This document shows positions 22,991-34,500 of a stretch of 64,000 bases of DNA, one piece after another. The stretch spans positions 85,371,625-85,435,624 of the forward strand of contig NC_057718.1 in NCBI RefSeq assembly GCF_004010195.1. Reading direction: 5' to 3'. The translations under genes and the position numbers were made by a program. Each line of letters opens with the position of its first letter. Position 1 is the first letter of the stretch. Source of the DNA: Chiloscyllium plagiosum (Eukaryota). The notes under the pieces are model-generated. The model was not told the origin of the DNA and did not search any database. It saw only the letters and a list, made by a program, of their open reading frames with translations.

Positions 22991-25900
22991 CATCTTCTTG
23001 GGGTTGGGAGGCAGACAGAACAATACTTTATATTTAATTTTCTTTGTGATTAATTTCTTGTGCACGAGTTGTATTAGATAAAGTGTGGAGTGGAAAACAA
23101 AATATGAACTCTCCACACATCAGAACTGCCAAATCAGTGAAACGAACCACTGGACACGTGAGAGACAGATATTTGGAGAAAATTACAAGGAGGAGCGATT
23201 TTTTGACATTATTATTCTTTAAGTGGTCAATAATCTGGCTGTTGAGGATGGCATGTAATCTTTATTTGGGGTAATGAGCAGAGAAACATTCACTGATTAG
23301 ACTAATCCTGGAAAATCTTTATCAGATGAACCATGTATCAGGATCGTCTCTAAATCACTTACAGCAAAAGGTTGAATTAAAAACACCAGCTTGAGTTTAA
23401 ATTAAGTTTCCCTCTCGTTATTATGAAAATGTTAAAGCTTTTGCAGGATAGTATTTTTGGTATATTTTTGGCGTTATGAATTGGATCTTTTTTGAGGGGG
23501 TGGTCATATTTAATCGGATTTCAAGATCTTTCTGTCTTGCAAAATTAACCTGAGACATAAATTGCTGGAATTAAGCTGATTCTTTTTTTTGTAACATCAA
23601 AATGTTTGCATTGGTTCTCTCTGACCATTTTATGGTCTTTTGAGATCCGGGGTGAAAGTGTGCACTCAATTGTCTTTTCAGCTTCTTTACAAATCGGCGT
23701 TTTAATAACAGCGTCTGTTTCTCGCCTGTTCGTGCTGAGCTGAAGGAAAAAGGGATGCGGGAGAGTTGAGATGAAAGGAAACTGGTTACTGAGGTTGACA
23801 TCATAAGCAGACGGAGTTTGTGAATGACTAGCCCCGGTGGAAATGAACAACTGGAGTACTGTACAAGCGCACTTGTTGAACATTTTGCCCAATTATAGCT
23901 CAAGCCATTATTATCTTGTAGCAAACCAACGTCAGAACTGAACCCTGACTTTCTTACTCCGCTTTACCGTTAAGATATCGAAATCTCTTTTATAGTTAAA
24001 TTGCAAATACATATCGGAGCTACCCAATTTTGTTTTTGTTTTGGTGGATGTATGGACAAACAAAAGTATAATTAGAACTGGTATAATTATAATTAGTATA
24101 ATTCATACCTTCAAACTGTTTGAATGGGCAGGAACAATTTGATCAGGTTAGATTTGCCCTGAAGGAATTGATGGACGGAGTGTAATCATTGTTAAAAAAA
24201 ACCCCACAAATACGCTTGGACATTCAACGGACAATTATCCCAAATGAAAATGATTATTTCGTTAATCCCGAAGAACAGCTTGTAAAGAGAGAATTGGGTC
24301 TTTTCTTTTTAATAACGGAAGGTCGATGCGCGCTCCCCTTATGGGAATCGTTATCTGAGGGACTTTCTCTTTAATCTGACTGTTTAGCAGCAAATCAAAG
24401 GAGATCCGCTCGCAAAAGTTCGGATAAACCGTTTGTAAGCCACCCGCCTGGTCAGCTGAAGGACTCAGACTGTCAGAGGTGGAGCACCAGGCTGTAGTGG
24501 TGGGTGAAACAGCGCTCCCCCTCTTTGTGATCAGCAGAAGACACATTCATTTGGGCACCAGGAGGGTATACTGCACCCTAGCCTTCTCCATCAAGTGCGG
24601 TTAGCGCCGATATTTTTCTTCCGCCCATCAAAGGACAAACAAAAAGCTCTTTACAGATTCTCGTTAGACTTACTGAGTATCTGGCAATTTCTGAGTTGAT
24701 TTCATTCTGCCTTTGAGTCTCCGTATCTTAATTCGCTCCCGTGCCACTAAAACAGAAGCGATTCGCAACTATGTACAGGACAGTGCAAAGCGAGCAAATT
24801 CCTGGGAACTTCTAAAGATGTTCAATTCTGACGGCTATCAGTCCTATTGTATCGAATCTGACCGTAACTTTGCATTGTCTCAATTACATTCGAACATTTC
24901 CTTCTCTATAACCTCCTGATGGAAGGTCATCAATCCGAAGCATTGACTACTCAAGCATTGACCACTCTCTCTCTATAGATGCTGCACGACCCGCTGAGCT
25001 GAGTTCTGATCCCTGAATTCCAGCAACTACAGTATTTGTTTTCAACAAAACCAAACTCTGCTTTCTGTCCCCAAATGCAGCCGAGGGTCTCCAGCAATCT
25101 TTGTTTCTGTTTAAAGTTTTCTCATCCGGTGCTCTCATGAAAGTCATTTACCTTTTTGCAAATATTTCGGGAGGCATCATTGGAACCCCGTTTCCGGCTG
25201 TGTTTAAATAGTAAAGTCCTCTCCTTTAGACATTCTGTTTCGTGGAATGTCAAAGTGAAAGGGAAATCTTTGGGAAGTAACTGCCTCTGAAGGCTGCCGT
25301 TCGGTCTGGAGTTTTGTGAACGAGACAGAATGAGATGAAATTTCCCAGTTCCCGACTGACCTGAGTTGAGAACACGCGGTATAATCTCCAATGTATCTGC
25401 GTAAAGATTATTTGAAACATTTGAAGTTGCTATAAAAGCTGAAATAAGAAGTAAAAAATATAATTGCTTGGGGGAAGGGGGTGTTAAAGGAATGTTCTCT
25501 TCACACCCGCATTCCACCCCCACCAATAACCTGGAACAGGTCTGTAAGGGGGCTGTTGAATGTTGTTTATATTGTCCTTTCAGATGGAAATAGCTACTTT
25601 ATCCTAATGACCGTTATTCCGAACTATGCAAACGGAAATGTTCCCATTTATCGGCGTTAAATCTCCGTTACAGATCGACAAAAGAGGCAATGGGGCGTGA
25701 GGGTTGAAAGTGGGTTAGTTCGAGAGTGAATTCTCTAGATAACTGGGTCCGCTCTCCGTCTCTTTGGTCTACACAGCGGAACAAGGACGGGAAAAATACT
25801 TATATCTCATTGATGGTGATTTGGTGATTAACCCCGGGGGTTCAATGATCCTGCAACATACCATCCCGCTAAAGATTTCAATCATACCAGATCCTGAAAT

Positions 25901-26017
25901 TAAAAAAAAAGATGTTTTGTTGGCAGAGTTTTTGCCCCACCTTCTCCAGCTCCCCCCCCCCCCCTTTCACCAGGTTCCCCGCTCAAAGCACTTGTCAGGG
26001 GAAGCAGATAATGCAGC

Positions 26018-26125
26018 GGTTCTGAGGAAGGGTCACTGGAGCCGGAACGTTAACTCTCATTTCTCTGCACAGACGCTGCCAGGCCTGCTGAGTTTTCACA
26101 GCAACTTGTGTTTGTGTTTGTGTTT
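26018..26125 (+). mobile_element. Short PLE terminal-repeat derivative with a hammerhead-like core
   Basis: GTT-CTGAGGA-AGGGTCACTGGAGCC-GGAA-CGTT-AAC followed by CACAGACGCTGCCAGGCCTGCTGAG. Confidence 0.7.
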
Positions 26126-27143
26126 GAAAGTGAAGAATGCCGCTAGTGTAAATACACAATGATATCCATCTCACTGTTCCTTTCCAGGCTTGGTCATTTT
26201 TTTAAAAAATAAATATTTTTATTGAAAATCTTTAAAAAAAAAATCTTTTACAAACCATTTATATATAAAGGAAAAAAACCCATCAACACAAAACAAAACA
26301 GTACAAAGAACAAGGCCATAACATAGTACCATTGTTACTAAACAACCCACTATTCTGCCAAAACAAACCTACGGCCATTTAAACGAATTTGGTTCGACCA
26401 GAGGCAGTAAACCACAATGTTTGTAAAAAGTCCAAATATCCCGTTTCCTATACACCACTTCATTTTAGAATTCGAAATCGAGTTTATTTAAAATGCGAAA
26501 CAAAAGCCTCTGATTTAATAAGGATTGAATTCGTTCGAACGGAATTTCTGATGTAAAAACTGAGTTGGATCAACCGCTCATGATGAGGTCAATTACAAAG
26601 GGTGATGTAAATATTCCTCCTGGATCCTGGTGCCCGGTAGGAATTCAAATATTTAAAACACATAGTCTCACCAAATTGAATTTACTCCCTGCTCCTCACT
26701 TTCTTTCATCGAAAAATTAAGCAAAACAGTTCATTAAAATAAAACGGAGAAGCAAGCTAATAAAACAAGAAACATAATTAGGGCCAATTACAAAAACACA
26801 CAGGCGGGGGCAAAAGGCACAGGACTAAAGTTCTACAATTGTACTGAAGTTCCCAAGAATGGAACACGCTGCATGGAGACAAGTTACATTTTATTGAAAT
26901 GTTTGGAAAGTGTAACATGCATTGCTACATTCGTTTTACGAATAAAGTAGTTAAAATATAAGTAACATTTATGTGAAAACCTGATATGTTTTGCTCACCC
27001 CTCCCTGCCAGGCTGTAAGTCTAGCATAAAATGGTTATTGTGAATGTCGCCAGCTTGATATTCCATTTAAAATGTTATTTAACAAATATGATGCATAAAG
27101 GCTACTTTTGACTTTAAAAAGTGCGAATATTGCCTGCATTTAG

Positions 27144-27628
27144 TTAAGGAAAGATGTTGTTAAACTTGAAAGGGTTCAGAGAAGATTTACAAGGATGTGG
27201 CCAGGATTGGAGGGTTTGAGCTACAGGGAGAGGCTGAATATTCTGGGGCTGTTTTCCCTGGAGCGTCGGAGGCTGAGGGATGATCTTATGGAGGTTTATA
27301 AAATCATGAGTAGTGTGGTTGGGGTGAATAGTCAAGGTCTTTTCGTCAGGGTAGGGGAAACCAAAACACGAGGGCATAGGTTTAAGGTGAGAAGGGAAAT
27401 ACTTAAAAGGAACCGGAGAGGTACCTTTTTCACGCAGAGGGTGGTGAGTGTGTGGAATGAGCAGTCAGAGGAAGTGGTGGCACAATTATAACATTTAAAA
27501 AGGCATCTGGATGGGTATATGAGTAGGAAGGGTTTGGAGGGATATGGGCCAAGTGCTAGATTAGGTTAGGAGATCTGCTCGGCATAGAGGAGTTGGACCG
27601 AAGCGTCTGTTTCAATGCTGAATGACTG
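27144..27628 (+). mobile_element. CR1 LINE 3' fragment about 0.5 kb upstream of the Vsx ATG
   Basis: Reads [48 protein letters not shown]. Confidence 0.92.
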
Positions 27629-27907
27629 GAAGAAAGATTTCACTTCTTGAATAAATGTAATAACGATATTAGCAATTTTACTGGTCTGGAATACTAGACT
27701 TGCATCTGACGAGAATCCGGATCCGATTGGTGTGTGTGTGTTGGCGGGGTAGGGGGTGGGGAGGTGGGCTGTTCAGTGGGCAGCATTANNNNNNNNNNNN
27801 NNNNNNNNNNNNNNNNNNNNNNNNNNNNNNNNNNNNNNNNNNNNNNNNNNNNNNNNNNNNNNNNNNNNNNNNNNNNNNNNNNNNNNNNNNNNNNNNNNNN
27901 NNNNNNN

Positions 27908-28101
27908 GAGTCAGAGAGAGTGTGAATGAAAGTCAGAGAGTGTGTGAGTGTGTGTGAGAGAGAGAGTCAGGGAGAGTGTGAATGAAAGTCAGAGAGTGTG
28001 AGTGAGTGAGTGTGTGTGAGAGAGAGAGTCAGGGAGAGTGTGAATGAAAGTCAGAGAGTGTGAGTGAGTGAGTGTGTGTGAGAGAGAGAGTCAGAGAGAG
28101 A
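27908..28101 (+). repeat. Compound GA/GT tandem repeat (about 3 units of 56-62 bp) just upstream of the Vsx ATG
   Basis: GAATGAAAGTCAGAGAGTGTG recurs at 27924, 27980 and 28042. It abuts an N gap, so more units may exist. Confidence 0.85.
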
Positions 28102-28560
28102 GGAAGGAGAGCTCAGGGTCATGCCCGGGACACAGGGGAGTTCTGAGGCTGACAGCAAAGTCCTTGCAGCCAGTTTGCTGAGTGGGAGCAAAGCGCCGGA
28201 GAAAAGCAGCCGCTGCCGGGGTTTCGGCATCACCGAGCTGCTGGGACTGGACAGCAGCAGCAGTGAGGGCGGCCGCTCGGGAGGCCCATCAGCCCATCCT
28301 GCTGCTGCCCCCCAGCCGCCGAGGGAACCGCCGCCGATGCTCACCGCCGGCCTTGGGTTGCTGTGCAGCGCCTTCCGGCCGCCCGGATCCTCTCTCCTGG
28401 ACACTCTGTCAGCTCTGCCCGGCCGAATGCCGCTACTGCGGAGGGTCAGCCTGCTGGACAGTCTCCAGCCGCTTCACAACTCCGGTAAAGCCAGCAGCAG
28501 TCTGTCAGCGAGCCCGCCCGCCCGCCTGTCCACACCGGACCCGTTCCCCACCCCACACCC
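28100..28560. promoter_or_regulatory. CpG-island-like segment over Vsx exon 1
   Basis: Visibly high GC and many retained CpGs compared with the CpG-depleted AT-rich background. Confidence 0.6.
28121..28484 (+). CDS. vsx1: Vsx coding exon 1 (start codon, eh1/octapeptide motif)
   Basis: ATG at 28121 in context GTCATGC. Reads MPGTQG...[13 protein letters not shown]...GLGLLC...LQPLHNS. Phase-1 donor G|GTAAAG at 28484/28485. GC- and CpG-rich. Confidence 0.88.
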
Positions 28561-31500
28561 TCCTCCCTCTCTGTACTCACCCAACACACAGTGAACCGAG
28601 CCTCTTGTCTTGTTGTTGTTGATTGTGGGATCTTGCTGTGCGCAGGTCAGATGCCCTTTTCAAACGGTGACCGTGTTTGGAATGTATTTTACTGCTTGTA
28701 TTAGAATATTCCGGTTAGGCTTGTGTGTTCTTTCAGCCTCCGGCTTGTCTACCTTGGAATATCCCGGGACAGTGAAAGCTATCGCATGGTCTATTGGCTG
28801 AGCTAAGTTCCCTGAGGCTTTTCAGCAATACGTGGAACCAAATTCTCTTTTTATTATTAAATTGGATCCCTGCAGTTCTCCTACTTTTAAGAAAAAAAGG
28901 TGTACCATTGTAAAGCAAGCCTGAAAACAGAGAAAACTGGGCTGACAAGATCAATGGTTCCTGACAAAAAAAAACCCCAGGCCTGGGTTTTGGGTCTCCA
29001 GCCCGAGCGAGTTTGGTGAGGTCTCTGTAGGTTGGCACCGCGTCCTCTCCCTCTGTCTTCTCCTCCCTCCCTCCACAACCCTTTCCCCGTCTCGTGGGGT
29101 GGGGAATCCTGCAACTTTGGTGAGGTAACCCTCAGGTTAGCATTGCAACAGGCAGCTTACTGTCTCTAACTTTATTGTAATATTGTTGAACTTCATTGTA
29201 ATATGAATCAAAAGTAAATCGGTGGAGCAGGCAGCTCTGACTTTGAAGGGAGAGAGAAACTAGACGAGGGATGGTGATGGTTCAAACAGATGAAGGTTGG
29301 GTTGGAGGCATCTACGTTGTTTGGTCGTTTCTATTCCTTGCATATAGATAAATATCCCAGAGTATGGGAGCCACCGTCTAGTTTTACATTTGCTTGTTTT
29401 GAATTTTCTATGTTATGTTTTCTACTGAATTGTAGATTTGTAATTTCCGATTGTTCGTTGACCTTTAAGGGGTGGCACGGTGGCTCAGTGGCTGAGTGGT
29501 TAGCACTGCTGCTGCCTCACAGCCCCAAGGTCCCAGGTTTGATTCCAGCCTCGGGTGACTGTCTGTGTGGAGTTTGCACATTCTCCCGGTGTCTGGGTGG
29601 GTTTCCTCCCACAGTCCAAAGATGTGCAGGGGTTAGGTGAATTGGCCATGCTAAATTGCCCATAGTGTTCGGTGCAATAGTCAGAGGAAAATGGGACTGG
29701 GTGGGTTACTCTTCGGAGGGTCAGTGTGGACTGGTTGGGCCAAAAGGCCTGTTTCCACACTGTAGGGAATCTAATCTAATTTAAATTCAAAGTTAAATGC
29801 AACACATGATTTCCAAAGGCTGAAAGGAAACAATGAATTTGGGGAGTTTTGTATGTGAAGGAACTGGGAACTGTTTACTTTTTAAAATCATAGAATCCCT
29901 CCAGTGTGGAAATACGCCATTTGGCCCAACAAGTCCACACCAACCCTCCGAAGAGCATCTCATCCAGACCCATTCCCCTGACTAATGCACCTAACCTACA
30001 CATCTCTGAACATAATGGGCAATTTTAGCACGGCCAATTCACCTAACCTGCACATCTTTCAACTGTGGGAAACCAGAGCACCCGAAGGGAACCCACACAG
30101 ACTCAGGGTGAATGTACAAATTCCACACAGAGAGTCGCCTGAGGCGGGAATTGAACCAGGGTCCCTGGCACTGTGAGGTAGTAGTGAGCCACCTTGCTGC
30201 CCCCTGGGAGCTGTTTATATGTGAATACCTCACCGTTTATTTGAGGAGCACTGGGCACTAGCTACATTCCCGCCTGCTTGTAAATCTGCTGCTGACTGCA
30301 GTCTGCACAGAGACTCGGTGCCCCTTCCCTGGACGAGAGGCAACATGCCAATGAAACAGCGTAGCTGACAGCAGCGAGCAATTGGCTTGTCGTGTTTTTC
30401 AGACCTTGCCTTCTCAGTAAAGTTTCAAGTCAATATAATTCACATGATTAAAAACAAGGTATGCTGAGTGACCTATTGATGTAAAAATGGCAGGGTGGCT
30501 CAGTGGTTAGCACTGCTGCCTCACAGTACTGGGGACCTGGGTTCGATTCCAGCCACAGGCGACTGTGTAGAGTTCATACATTGTCCCTGTGTCTGCATGG
30601 GTTTTCTCCCGCACTGCAATATGTGCTACTTAGGTGAATTGACCTTAGTAAATTGCCCCTTGGTTAGGGGCAAATGTATATCCTAAATATTGGATAATAA
30701 GTTAGGGGGATGGGTTGCTTCCTGGAGGGTCAGTGCAGACTTATTGGGCCAAAGGGCTTGTTTCCACACTGTAGGGATTCTATTAAAAAAAACTCGCGAT
30801 TCTTATACATTTTCAGGATGTAGGTAGGGTACTTATTGTCCATCGCTAGCTGCTCTGAGAGCCTTACCAGACCATCTCAGAGTGCAGTTACCAGTCAATC
30901 ACACTGGTCTGGAACTGGCCTTCTATACAGGATCAGATGGATTAAACCAGCAGGCTTCCTTCTCTAAAGCACAGAATGCACTGGGTTCTTCAATAACATC
31001 ATCACTTTCACTGATCAGCATTTTCTTTCCAAATGCAAATTATCAGACTGCCAGGAGAGGATCAATGATCTTTGGATTCTTAACACAGTAACAGGGAAAT
31101 CTTGTGGTGCAGTGGGTAGAAACTCCCAGTTTGAGTCCCAAAGCAAGATAACGAAGGTTACATTTGTAACTTATGCTTGAAAATCCCTCCAGCTCACTAT
31201 CGAGAAATTCCTGCTAACTCATGCCTGATGCAAATTTGTGCCCCTCAAGGTTTATATTGTCAGCTAGTGAGCTGTTCCAGAAACAGACGCAAATTTGTAC
31301 TTGATCTACCTTGTGTGATTCTAGGCATGGGAAGTCTGATCCAATAACATATTCTTTTGTTAAACCACTGTATTCTGCTAAATCAGGTTTGGTCATGAGG
31401 AGACTTAGAGCTCCAACACCAGGGATGTTTTTCATGCTGGCTGGTTTGGGTTTGGTGGCTATAATAGTGACTGTGGTCTAATCCATTCCCCTGGCACCAG

Positions 31501-34500
31501 ATGATGAGAACACATCGTGTGATCACAGCAACTTGAAGAACTCCGCAGCATCGCAGGTGAAAAGGAAGAAGAGGCGGCACAGGTATGTGAGTGGCCTCTG
31601 TTGAAAACAATCCTGAGTGAATGGAGATTGTGATGGAAGGACATTGCATTAGTGCCTTTCTAATTTATGTTTTGCCTGCAACTGGGGTGAAAGGGCTGGT
31701 ACAGACACGTTGCACCAAATGGGCCCCTTGTGTGATATATAATTATTGAATTGAAGTATCCTAATTCTGGTTTAATGATGAGATCAGAACAAGACCAAAC
31801 TCAAGGCATGCTAGATTACATTCCCCAGTCCTTGATAATCACTCAGGTTGGTAAAGTTGGATCCCATGCCCACTTTCTGATTGCTGGCGGGTAAAGGATC
31901 AGTGAGCAGGGAGCATTGATTTAAGGTAAGGAGCAGGAGGTTTAGAAGAGGTGTGAGGGAGTGGCGGGAATCTGGAATTCACTGCCTGAAAGGATGGTAG
32001 AGGCAGAAACCTTCATAACATTTAAGGAGTATTCAGACGTACTCTTACAAAGCTAAAGCATACAAGGCTACGGGCTAAATGCTGGAAAATGAAATTAGAG
32101 TAGTTAGGTTTTTGACTGGCACCGAGTAAATGGACCAAAGGACCTGTTTCTGTGCTGTAGATATCGATGATTCTATGAACAGAATCACAGAATATGATCT
32201 CAAACACAGTTTAATCTTATTTAAACACCATAAAGCAGTGACACTCTCAATGACGCTGGGCCCAAAAGGCACATTGACTATGGTCAATAATTTAGCCGTA
32301 CTGCCATTCATGTGTGCCAGGTCAGCTGATTTAACTTGCTACCCATGACTGGTCAACATCAAGTACCAGGCATGAATCTGCCATGTCCAGAACACACCAG
32401 AGCCTTTGAATCGTTTTAATTTGTTGCTAAGTTACAATGAATTTGTTGCTGCTGTGCACAGCCTTTTAGGTTTAGACTGTTGGATGGGTTAATGTTAACA
32501 TAGGATACTTCCTTTTTAATCCAAATAAAAAGGGTAGCAGGTTAAAAAGTTTGAAAGCTCAGAAGATATCTTGTGTTGAGAATTGATTTAATATATACAG
32601 TAAGGCAACTTGTAATGGGCAGTATGAAAGAGGATCTGCATTCTCTGGAGTTTTATAGAACGAGAGGTAATCTAATTGAAATTTATAATGTTTTTACAGG
32701 ATGTGACAGGGTAGATGTAGGTATGATGTGGGACATTATCTCATTGTAAGGGGAAGGCCATTTTTAATTTCTCCATCTAGAGGGTGCTCAATCTTTGGAA
32801 TTATCTAGCAAGAGGGCTGTGAAAACTAAACCATTGAGCAGTTTCAGACAAAAAAGATTGATGGGTTTCTGGAGACTACAATATTAAGGGATATGGAGAT
32901 AATGCAGGAAAGTGATGATCAGCCGTAATCTCCAATGGTGGGACAGAGATGATGGGCTGAATGGCTTACTCCTGTTCCCATGATCCTGTGAATTTTTAAA
33001 AGGAATTGTTTTGGAAAAAGCTGCCATTTTGATTATCTGTTATATAGCAAGTGAAATAAAAAGGGTGTCACAAAGTAATTTAATATGACTTCTTTTACAT
33101 AAGTCATCATGAGAATTGTAGGCTAACATGCTGATGTTTAGTGAATTGAACAAGTCCCAGTAGCATAAAAACAAAACAGTGTCATTACCGCTGCTGTTTA
33201 ACAACTGAATGACATACTTTACATCCTATTCCCCAGTATTTGAACTGCGTTTGGATTCTTGTAAACTGACTTTTCACAGGAATTTAATTGTGTGAAACTG
33301 GTCTTGGAGGACAGCATAAAACAGCTGATGACAAATTTGCAACACATTTTACTCAGCACTTAATATTCTTTTGTTGTTGATTTCAATAAGGCAGGTAGCA
33401 ACTAGAGTGCATAGTTCACTATCATGGTTTGACCCAAGGCCAATTTTATTCTTACACCAATGTTATTTGAAAGTGTGTGATGCAGAATCTATGCACGAAT
33501 GTGTATTTTTATTGGTTAATTGTATCAACTGATTATGAAGCAAAGGCCAGAAATGAAGTTGAGGTGCAGATCAGCTATGACCTAGTTAAATGGTGAATAG
33601 ACTTGAGATACCGAATGGGAGACAGTGAGTCTGCAGACGCTAGAGATCAGAATTGAGAGTGTGTTGCTGGAAAAGCACAGCAGTTCAGGAGCATCCTGGG
33701 ATGCTACTTGAGATACCTAATGACCTATCTCTGTTTCTAATGTCCCTAAACTACAACAGTGGTGATGCTTTAACATTAGTTAATTAGCCTTAAAGTGTTA
33801 TGGAAAATTCTGAGGTTTTGAAAGGTGCTGTATAGGTAAGATTACTTTCTTTCTTTGTTGCTTGTGAGCAATATGTCTGCTCTTTGATTGCCACAGGACT
33901 GTGTTCACAACTCACCAGTTGGAGGAACTAGAGAAATCTTTTAATGAGGCTCATTACCCAGATGTATATGCAAGAGAAATGTTAGCGATGAAGACAGAGC
34001 TCGCTGAAGACCGAATACAGGTAATTTCACAGGTCATCATGTGCTATTTGGAGGGGAAGTTGCCAGGATTTCCCATATTTATGTAAAATCTCAGTTATCA
34101 TCTAATTTGATGCAACAATTTCATGCTAGTCACTTGAGGTCAAAAATGAAAATTGAAATGATAATACAAAATTCTTTCCACACTAATGAGCCTGTTGGCT
34201 GTATTTCATGGCTTTAATTTTGTCTCATTTGACAGCACTTCCATGTCTCCCTGAGTCTGAAAGTTGTAAGTTCAATTCATACTGCATAGAGTCGAGGATA
34301 AAATCTAGATTTACACCCTAGAGATTGAAATAGTGCTGCACTATTAGAAGCACCATCTTTTAGATAAGACTTTAAATCAAAGTCCCATCTGACTTCTGCT
34401 TAATGTCACATAGAGTGAACCAAGGCAGCTTCTCATTGGCACCTATGATGATGGGAGGAAGCCAAAGTGCAATAGCAGTGGATGTTTAGAGTTTGTCAAT

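Noticed and set aside
28485..28594. Extension of the 157-aa ORF past 28484, and the overlapping ORFs 28051..28404(-) and 28182..28622(+)
   Set aside because: Intron read-through after a phase-compatible donor. The overlapping frames are shadows of GC-rich exon 1.
29469..29555. SINE heads as real tRNA genes
   Set aside because: They continue into a shared SINE body and tail in about ten copies and lack a proper cloverleaf.
33781..33788. TAATTAGC copies (33781, 38283, 45117 reverse, 52849) as evidence of Vsx autoregulation
   Set aside because: A few hits of an AT-rich 8-mer are expected by chance in 64 kb, and some lie inside TE remnants.
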